Shown here piece after piece: positions 54,518 through 61,192 of a DNA stretch of 64,000 nt; the stretch's first letter is position 1; each line of letters begins with the position of its first letter. Below the pieces are notes generated by a model that saw only the letters and a program-made list of their open reading frames with translations, did no database searches and was not told where the DNA came from. The stretch is taken from the NCBI GenBank assembly GCA_028712175.1, contig JAQTQQ010000001.1:96992-160991 (forward strand). The letters run 5' to 3'. This DNA is from Candidatus Omnitrophota bacterium (GTDB taxonomy: Bacteria > Omnitrophota > Gorgyraeia > Gygaellales > Profunditerraquicolaceae). A program made the position numbers and the translations under genes.

Positions 54518-55147
54518 ATGTTAAGAGACCGCAAAGCCCAAGCAGTTTTAGAATTAGCTATATTGGGCTCTTTGCTTATTATGGCGTTCTCTATCGCGAT
54601 AAAATACGGCGAACAGTATAACCGCGAGCAATCTTATATGCAGCAGACTTTCCGCGGTAATTTGAAGATGGCAAGAAAAGCCTTGGGCTCTACTTCCTAT
54701 GGGACCACGGATTTTCGCAGAAGTTCTAACATGATTGATCCTATGGAATTAGGGGAGTTACAGCAATTCGGCAGCTCTAATCAGGTGCTTTGGACGCATG
54801 GCAAAAAAGACCCGGCTACTGATGAGCCCTATGAGGCAAAAGGTTATTACCGGTTTAACCGGGGTGCAATACTTGAAGTTGCTTTGGGCCCAGCCCCATA
54901 CAATACATCTGTAACGCTTAGCTCCCATGTTACTACCTCTCCGCATAATGAAACCCGGTATTATAAAGACACAGAGGCGGGCCGTAGCAGCAGTACTAAA
55001 TGGATGGATGCCACAGATACTATTACTGCCAGTATGCCTTTTGCCGGCACAACTGTTTCGTTAAGTTCGGATCCATTCCACGATGAATTAGGCGAGGGTG
55101 GTTTTTATAAAAGCGGTGGTATAAAGCGTACAAAGACTTTAGAATGA
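54518..55147 (+). CDS. TadE-like pseudopilin
   Basis: 'RKAQAVLELAILGSLLIMAFSIAIKYGEQ' TadE-type N-terminus. 209 aa. Confidence 0.5.
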   Translation: MLRDRKAQAVLELAILGSLLIMAFSIAIKYGEQYNREQSYMQQTFRGNLKMARKALGSTSYGTTDFRRSSNMIDPMELGELQQFGSSNQVLWTHGKKDPATDEPYEAKGYYRFNRGAILEVALGPAPYNTSVTLSSHVTTSPHNETRYYKDTEAGRSSSTKWMDATDTITASMPFAGTTVSLSSDPFHDELGEGGFYKSGGIKRTKTLE

Positions 55148-55386
55148 TAAAGAAAGCCCAGGCAACATTAGAATTTTCTTTGGTTTTAATCATAGCTGTA
55201 GGCCTAATTGCGGGGTTTTATGTCATGGCCAGATGGGTAGCTGGGCATATCCCTAACCGCCAAGATTCATATGATCTTAGCCGGAAAGACGCAGGGCAGA
55301 AATCTTCTCCGGGCCAGCCTGAAAGAGTTTATGAAGCTTCAGTTTTTGCTGATTCGGCTGATTGGATCTATTTATTTAGAAAATAG
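55144..55386 (+). CDS. TadE/TadF-like pseudopilin (short)
   Basis: 'KKAQATLEFSLVLIIAVGLIAGFYVMARW'. Confidence 0.45.
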   Translation: MIKKAQATLEFSLVLIIAVGLIAGFYVMARWVAGHIPNRQDSYDLSRKDAGQKSSPGQPERVYEASVFADSADWIYLFRK

Positions 55387-55399
55387 TTGAGGAGATAAA

Positions 55400-56968
55400 T
55401 TGCCTTTGTGCCATCGTAATAAAAATATTCATTCCAAAGTAAGAAAAAAGCTCTCCGGACAGATTTTCCCTTTTTTACTCGTGGGCATAGTTGCTTTACT
55501 TGCCGTTGCCCTTTCTGCCCAAGGTATGTTTAGTTCTGCGAAAACCAGAACCTGCGCGGATAATGCCGCGGACGCCGGGTCTTTAGCTACTGCCTCCATT
55601 CTCGCCGGAGCTTTTAATGAATTATGCTTAAGGAATGAAGAAATGTGGGATTATTACGAGTTGGACCTAGAGTATTACCGGACCATGTACGCCTTGGCAG
55701 ATACTTATTTAACCGACGCAGATACCTTTAGCGTGGCTGCAAAAAATACAGCGTCAGCCGCATTACCCAATATTCGTGACGGAGGGTGCGAAACATGGAC
55801 CTGGCAGAAAGATGCTTCCCTGCAGAATTATAATCCCGACGGAGAAATTAATTCAGCTGCGGAATATGCCCTTGAGGCGGCAAAATGCGTCGGGGCTGTC
55901 GAAGTCCTTAATCTCTATATGCTGTTCCTTACGGATAATTATAAATATAATCAGACTGAAAATTATTGCCGCGCCCTTGATTTTATGAATTCAGTTTTTA
56001 CTATGAATGATTATTTTACAGACGCTAAGTCGGTAGGCTTAAAATATGCTTTTAATAACAGCTGTCAAGGCAGCGATGCCCTAAGTTTTTGGTTGGGAAC
56101 CGGCGGATTTAAAGACGGCACAACTTGGCCTCCCGGGGCCGATACCAGCCCGAACGGCTGCGGTATTACTGTTACCGTAGACTTACCGGCGTTAAAGTCT
56201 TTCGAGGTTGAGCATACTTTATGGAATTATCCCCATATAAAGACCCTTACTTATGCCGGTGTTACTTGTGACCCGGATCTTGAAATTCCAAGCTATTCTT
56301 TTCCAAATGATCCTTTTAACGTTGAAGGCGCATACCGTTTAAAAGAAATCTATAAGCTTTTTTATCTGGCTTTAAAAACAGCCGCAGCCAATGGCATGGT
56401 CATTTATAACTATACTGACGGTGCCCGCATGGTGCATGATACCTGCCATGATGAATTTGGTAATCCTTATAACTGCAATGAACATTGTAATAAGGAGGAG
56501 GATATTGCCACCGCGCGTTCTTTAGTGGAACCTTTGCGTTCATACCAATCATGCCTAATTAATGCATTAAATAATCTTAACTCTGGTGGCGGGGGAGTTT
56601 TATCGATCCATAATTTAAAGGAGCTCAATTTTGCTATTTATAATAATGTTTGGAAAAGCATATCGGCTTCATTGTTCTCAAGTAAAACCTGCGAGGATGT
56701 TAAAGTCCCCGGTGACCAAGACGAAGCTGGGCCTTGGCCGGGGCTGATGATTACCAAAATTGACGAGGTTAAGCTTACCTGGGCGGACTGGGTTACTAAT
56801 TGTACGGTAGTAGTATTTTGCAGGCATACAGATGAACGTACAGGCAGGGTTACTGTTAACAAGGTTACCGCTTTTAGCCAGGCTGAATTTAATGTCGATA
56901 ATCTCGGGGTATTGAGGACTTTTACAGATTTGTTTGATACACAAATTAAAGAAGCAAGAATATTTTAA
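55400..56968 (+). CDS. TadG-like pilus assembly/tip protein (Cys-rich, 522 aa)
   Basis: N-terminal 'GQIFPFLLVGIVALLAVALSAQGMF' Tad-like anchor followed by a large Cys-rich extracellular domain. Confidence 0.45.
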   Translation: MPLCHRNKNIHSKVRKKLSGQIFPFLLVGIVALLAVALSAQGMFSSAKTRTCADNAADAGSLATASILAGAFNELCLRNEEMWDYYELDLEYYRTMYALADTYLTDADTFSVAAKNTASAALPNIRDGGCETWTWQKDASLQNYNPDGEINSAAEYALEAAKCVGAVEVLNLYMLFLTDNYKYNQTENYCRALDFMNSVFTMNDYFTDAKSVGLKYAFNNSCQGSDALSFWLGTGGFKDGTTWPPGADTSPNGCGITVTVDLPALKSFEVEHTLWNYPHIKTLTYAGVTCDPDLEIPSYSFPNDPFNVEGAYRLKEIYKLFYLALKTAAANGMVIYNYTDGARMVHDTCHDEFGNPYNCNEHCNKEEDIATARSLVEPLRSYQSCLINALNNLNSGGGGVLSIHNLKELNFAIYNNVWKSISASLFSSKTCEDVKVPGDQDEAGPWPGLMITKIDEVKLTWADWVTNCTVVVFCRHTDERTGRVTVNKVTAFSQAEFNVDNLGVLRTFTDLFDTQIKEARIF

Positions 56969-57015
56969 AGAATAAGAATTTATTTAAACATTTCTAAAAT
57001 AATACTAAAAAGGCT

Positions 57016-57846
57016 GTGAGTATGATTTTTAAAATAAAAACCATATCCTCTGTGCTGTTTTTTGCAACATTTGGTCTTATCTCCGTTCTTTGCGCCTCTG
57101 ATTTAGGCGTACCCTTACCGAAAGACGCCGTAAAGATCCTGGAAAAAACCAGTAATTTTGGTCCGGTGAAATCATTTACGGAAGTTTATAAAACTTCTTT
57201 GAATAAAGCCAAGGTCATTTCGTTTTATAAGAAAGAGATGGCCAGGTCAGGATGGAAGCAAAAAGAGGAAGGGATTTTTATAAAAGATAAATTTATTGCA
57301 GTTGTTGTTTGCCGCTCCTCAAAGGACAAACAGGGCCAGGTAGAGTTTACAGTTACAATCAGCAATATCCCTTCCAAGGAAGAATTTTTGTTGATGCGCA
57401 AGGAGAAGCCTGATAAATTAAGTTATATGCCTATTTACCCGGGCAGCGTGCAGCTTTCTATTGTAAACCTGCCCGCAGGAATAGCCGGCGCTTATGAAAC
57501 AGAAAATAGCATCGAAGATGTTGTTTTTTTCTATAAAACTGGTATGCTAAATTATGGCTGGACCTTTGATAATGAGAAGTTTGTTCAGAGCAAGGATGAG
57601 CCCGTTGATTGCCCAAGTTGCCGGAAATTGCCCGGCTTCTTAAACGTCGCGAATAAGCCGAAAATAACCAGTAAAACAAGAAAAATTACCTTGATTTTCC
57701 GTAGAAAGAAATCAGAAACTTGCGTAATTACCGTAACCGAAGTTTCATCGCAACAGGGCAAAACCGCTAAAACGAAGATTACGGATTCACCGAGGAAAAC
57801 CACTATTCTCACTAGCTATCATGCGTATAAAAGTAACAGGCCATAA
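57016..57846 (+). CDS. secreted hypothetical protein in tad locus
   Basis: Signal peptide 'MSMIFKIKTISSVLFFATFGLISVLCASD'. Confidence 0.4.
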   Translation: MSMIFKIKTISSVLFFATFGLISVLCASDLGVPLPKDAVKILEKTSNFGPVKSFTEVYKTSLNKAKVISFYKKEMARSGWKQKEEGIFIKDKFIAVVVCRSSKDKQGQVEFTVTISNIPSKEEFLLMRKEKPDKLSYMPIYPGSVQLSIVNLPAGIAGAYETENSIEDVVFFYKTGMLNYGWTFDNEKFVQSKDEPVDCPSCRKLPGFLNVANKPKITSKTRKITLIFRRKKSETCVITVTEVSSQQGKTAKTKITDSPRKTTILTSYHAYKSNRP

Positions 57847-57997
57847 GGCCCAATCGACAATAGAATATATTGCGGTAATCATCGTGATTATTGCCGTTTT
57901 TATCTTTGCCGGAGTTTATTATCAGCGTAGCCTGCAGGGTAAGTACCGTCAGGCAGGCGATGCTATCGGCGGTGGCGAACAGTACACTCCTCGTTAA
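57821..57997 (+). CDS. flp: Flp-family pilin (58 aa), not in ORF track
   Basis: MRIKVTGHKAQSTIEYIAVIIVIIAVFIFAGVYYQRSLQGKYRQAGDAIGGGEQYTPR. It overlaps the 3' end of the upstream gene. Confidence 0.55.
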   Translation: MRIKVTGHKAQSTIEYIAVIIVIIAVFIFAGVYYQRSLQGKYRQAGDAIGGGEQYTPR

Positions 57998-58013
57998 ACA
58001 ATAACGGAGAAAT

Positions 58014-58859
58014 ATGATTATCTTGCTTAATATCCTTCTTTTATGTTCAGTTATCCTGCTCTCTTTCAGCCTTTTGCCTGTTATTATGCAGAAGATTCAG
58101 TCCTGGCAGCAGAAGAAAGAGGCTGTATTTGCTAAAGAAATGGATAAGATGTTCTATGACAAAAGCCCTAAAAGCATTGTTATGCTCTATTTTATCCTTC
58201 CCTTGATTTTTGGCCCAGCTGGTTATTTTCTTACACAATCCCATATCGTTATGATTATCGGTGCGTTTATTGGCGTAGCTATCCCTAATTTTATTTTAAA
58301 GGCCCGCTATAAAACCAGGATCCGCAAGTTCAATGACCAGCTTTTGGACGCCATTAATATGCTTTCCAGCTGTATAAAAGGGGGTTTAAGCCTTTTGCAG
58401 GGGCTAGAAGTGCTGGTTGAGGAGATGCCTGCGCCAATGAGCCAGGAGCTGGGTTTGGTGGTTAGGGAGAATAGAATGGGCATTCCGTTAGAAGAGTGCC
58501 TGAACCGCTTGGATAAACGTATGGCTCTTGATGAGCTTAGTTTGGTGGTTAATGCCCTTATGGTTGCCCGCGAAACAGGCGGTGAACTGCCTAAAGTTTT
58601 TAGCCGCCTAACCGTTACGATTAGAGATAATCGCAAATTAAGGGAGAGTATCAAGACACTTACTTTGCAGGGTAGAATGCAGGGCGTAATTATGTCATTT
58701 TTGCCGATTGTATTTGTGGCTTGGGTCCTCTCGGTGAATAAGCATCATTTTGATATTATGCTCACCGATGATTTTGGCAGGATGCTTTTAATTATAGCAG
58801 TGATACTGCAGGCTGTCGGCATGCTGTTGATTAAAATATTTAGTACAATCGAAATATAA
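58014..58859 (+). CDS. tadB: Flp pilus assembly protein TadB (T2SS-F domain)
   Basis: Polytopic protein with a T2SSF-like cytoplasmic domain 'LLDAINMLSSCIKGGLSLLQGLEV'. Confidence 0.7.
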   Translation: MIILLNILLLCSVILLSFSLLPVIMQKIQSWQQKKEAVFAKEMDKMFYDKSPKSIVMLYFILPLIFGPAGYFLTQSHIVMIIGAFIGVAIPNFILKARYKTRIRKFNDQLLDAINMLSSCIKGGLSLLQGLEVLVEEMPAPMSQELGLVVRENRMGIPLEECLNRLDKRMALDELSLVVNALMVARETGGELPKVFSRLTVTIRDNRKLRESIKTLTLQGRMQGVIMSFLPIVFVAWVLSVNKHHFDIMLTDDFGRMLLIIAVILQAVGMLLIKIFSTIEI

Positions 58860-58860
58860 T

Positions 58861-59715
58861 ATGGAAATAGCTATATACGGTTTTGCCATTGGTTCAATTA
58901 TCCTGGTACTCTGGGGGATTGTTTTTACGCAAGCCAGTTCGCTTTCGCGTATCCCCAAGGATGCTACAGACGTTAAATTCCAAAAACCAAAATTTGATTT
59001 TGCTGATCTTTTCCCGACTGGGGCATTTTTGGAAAAGTCCGGTATGGCAAGTAGCCTTAAGAAGTCCCTGGATACTGCGCATATCAATATGTCTCCCGGC
59101 GCATTTTTTAACCTAAAGCTGCTTTTATGCGGTTTACTGGTGGTTCTGGTAATATCATTGACCGGTACAGTCAATCCCCTAATAGTAATAATTTTTATTA
59201 TACTAGGGTATATTATCCCGGATTTTTATTTAAAACGTAAAGTTGCCAGGCGTAAATACCTTATTGCGCGCAGGCTTCCGGAAACAGTAGACCTTTTGGG
59301 TCTGTGTATAGAAGCAGGGCTAGATTTTGTAAATGCCGTGAAATGGGTAATTGACAGGACTCCTCATACCCCGATGACCGAGGAACTTGCTTTTGTTGTT
59401 GAAGAGATAAAATGGGGTAAACCGCGTATCCAGGCGTTAAAAGATATGTCGCGGAGGCTGGAGATATCCGAGATAACCTCTTTTGTTCAGACGATTATCC
59501 AAGCAGAACGCATGGGTACTCCGGTAGCTGAGGCATTTGCTATACTTTCCGAAGATGCACGTGCTCAAAGGTTTCACCGCGGCGAGAGGACCGCTTTACA
59601 GGCGCCTATCAAAATCCTCCTGCCTCTCATTTTCTTTATTATGCCAGTAATTGGTATTATTGTCGGTGGCCCCATATTGCTTACTTTTATGAAAGGCGGC
59701 CTTACCGGTTTCTAA
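58861..59715 (+). CDS. tadC: Flp pilus assembly protein TadC (T2SS-F domain)
   Basis: 'LPETVDLLGLCIEAGLDFVNAVKWV' T2SSF motif. It is a paralog of the preceding gene. Confidence 0.7.
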   Translation: MEIAIYGFAIGSIILVLWGIVFTQASSLSRIPKDATDVKFQKPKFDFADLFPTGAFLEKSGMASSLKKSLDTAHINMSPGAFFNLKLLLCGLLVVLVISLTGTVNPLIVIIFIILGYIIPDFYLKRKVARRKYLIARRLPETVDLLGLCIEAGLDFVNAVKWVIDRTPHTPMTEELAFVVEEIKWGKPRIQALKDMSRRLEISEITSFVQTIIQAERMGTPVAEAFAILSEDARAQRFHRGERTALQAPIKILLPLIFFIMPVIGIIVGGPILLTFMKGGLTGF

Positions 59716-59734
59716 ATAAATTGCAAGGCTAAAA

Positions 59735-59776
59735 AGGGGCGTTTCCCTCTTGAAATCAGGGAAACGCCCCTTTTTG
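59735..59776 (+). terminator. strong rho-independent terminator ending the tad operon
   Basis: 14-bp perfect stem AGGGGCGTTTCCCT / AGGGAAACGCCCCT, followed by TTTTTGT. Confidence 0.8.
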
Positions 59777-59845
59777 TCTTTAACGTCCTATTTTGATTTT
59801 TTGGGATTTTAAGGTGCAATGTTTTCCTATTAATAACAAAATTAT

Positions 59846-60632
59846 CAGAAAATGGGGTCAGAATTATTTTTCGTTAGAAATCTCCTCCTTTTACGTCTCT
59901 TGTAATAAGGAGGGATGTTCTGTGGCTCGAAGACTGCGCTTATTTATAGCCGGCATGCCGTATCATATTATTCAGCGGGGCAATAATAGAATCCCCGTTT
60001 TTTTAAATGGAGACGATTACTCTTTCTTCTTAGAGGTTCTTCGGGAAGCAAAGATTAAGTACCCCTGCCGGATTTATGGCTATTGCCTGATGGCTAACCA
60101 TTTCCACCTGCTTATTGAGCCGATACAGAAAAAAGAAAATATTAGCCTATTAATAAAGCTGCTGGGAGCAAAATACGTGCGCTATTTTAACAAAAGGTAT
60201 AAGCGTTCAGGTACACTTTGGGAGGGGCGTTTTAGGGGCTCTTTGGTTGATAAAGAAGCATATTTTCTAATTTGTCTACGATATATCGAAATGAATCCTG
60301 TAAGGGCAAATATCTCTTGCCTTCCAGAATTATACCCTTGGTCAAGCTATAGGTTTAGGGCTTTTGGTCAAAAAAGCAACATCCTTGAACTGGATCCTTG
60401 GTACGATAGTCTGGGTTATAGCCTTGAGGAGCGGCAGGTTAAATATCGTCAATTTTTCCAGAGCTTATTACCAGAAGCCACGTTGAAACTTATCAGAGAA
60501 ATGACTAATAAAAATGGTATAGTGGGAGATGTTGATTTTAAAGCCTACATAGAACACCTTACTCTTAGGAAGGTTTCGATTGGGCCGATTGGTAGACCAA
60601 GGAGCGGAAAATAATTCTGACCCCATTTTCTG
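59846..60632 (+). mobile_element. RAYT / IS200-like element bounded by 25-bp inverted repeats
   Basis: Left IR CAGAAAATGGGGTCAGAATTATTTT at 59846-59870. Its exact reverse complement lies at 60608-60632 and overlaps the transposase stop. A 7-bp hairpin CCTCCTT / AAGGAGG (59884-59913) sequesters the SD, as in IS200. Confidence 0.65.
59922..60614 (+). CDS. REP-associated tyrosine transposase (RAYT) / IS200-IS605 TnpA-like Y1 HUH transposase
   Basis: GTG start 8 nt after AAGGAGGG. HUH motif 'ANHFHLLIEP', then 'WEGRFRGSLVDKEAYFLICLRYIEMNPVRA...PELYPWSSY'. The ORF-track N-terminal extension (59793-) covers the IR and is not coding. Confidence 0.75.
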   Translation: MARRLRLFIAGMPYHIIQRGNNRIPVFLNGDDYSFFLEVLREAKIKYPCRIYGYCLMANHFHLLIEPIQKKENISLLIKLLGAKYVRYFNKRYKRSGTLWEGRFRGSLVDKEAYFLICLRYIEMNPVRANISCLPELYPWSSYRFRAFGQKSNILELDPWYDSLGYSLEERQVKYRQFFQSLLPEATLKLIREMTNKNGIVGDVDFKAYIEHLTLRKVSIGPIGRPRSGK

Positions 60633-60893
60633 CAATCTAATTATTGTCCAATCTATAAGCTGGTCTATTATTATTGTCCACTCTGATTGGAGATTTGTCC
60701 AAACAGATTCAAAATAAATAATATGAAAGGATAGTGGATCATTTGTCTGTGAAAATAGGAGGAAAACGTTCCCTTTTCTAAAATTAACGCATTTTCTGGT
60801 TAAAAATAGTACTGTTCTTATGTGTGGAAAGGGGGCCGATATTTGAAGTATTTTTAGAGAAAGAAAGCGTTAACAAAATAGACAATATTTTAC

Positions 60894-60922
60894 TTGACAG
60901 CGTCTATCTCAGGTGGTATATT
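60894..60922 (+). promoter_or_regulatory. near-consensus sigma70 promoter (TTGACA-17-TATATT)
   Basis: -35 TTGACA at 60894-99, a 17-nt spacer, and -10 TATATT at 60917-22, about 270 nt upstream of the large ORF. Confidence 0.5.
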
Positions 60923-61192
60923 TGATTGTAAGTTGAAGCAAAGAAAAGGTAAACTTAGAGTAATCTAAGGACACAAAGCCACGGGTCCTAAAATCAAAAG
61001 GAGTTTCTAAGGATAGCCGGGTTGCCAGAACCGACGAGAGTTGGAATTGACGACTCGGTTTTTATTTATAATCTTAATAAGAGTTTTTAAAAAGATTTTA
61101 AAAAGACCCTTATGAAAAGAATGATTAAAAATCTAGAAGATCTTGGGGCAAGGGGAAGTATTTATTTTTTACTTAACTTAATTAGATAAAAA

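Noticed and set aside
59793-59921. N-terminal 43 codons of the track ORF 59793..60614
   Set aside because: This part contains the left 25-bp inverted repeat and the SD-sequestering hairpin. A GTG start at 59922 with a proper RBS gives a transposase whose N-terminus (ARRLRLF...) matches the RAYT consensus start.
60633-60720. Possibility of a CRISPR array or iterons
   Set aside because: Only three short, imperfect TTGTCCA-containing repeats with irregular spacing, and no cas genes. I kept it as a low-interest motif finding only.
61112-61189. 25-codon uORF as an independent feature
   Set aside because: It has no recognisable RBS and no supporting evidence beyond its position. It is mentioned only within the leader finding.
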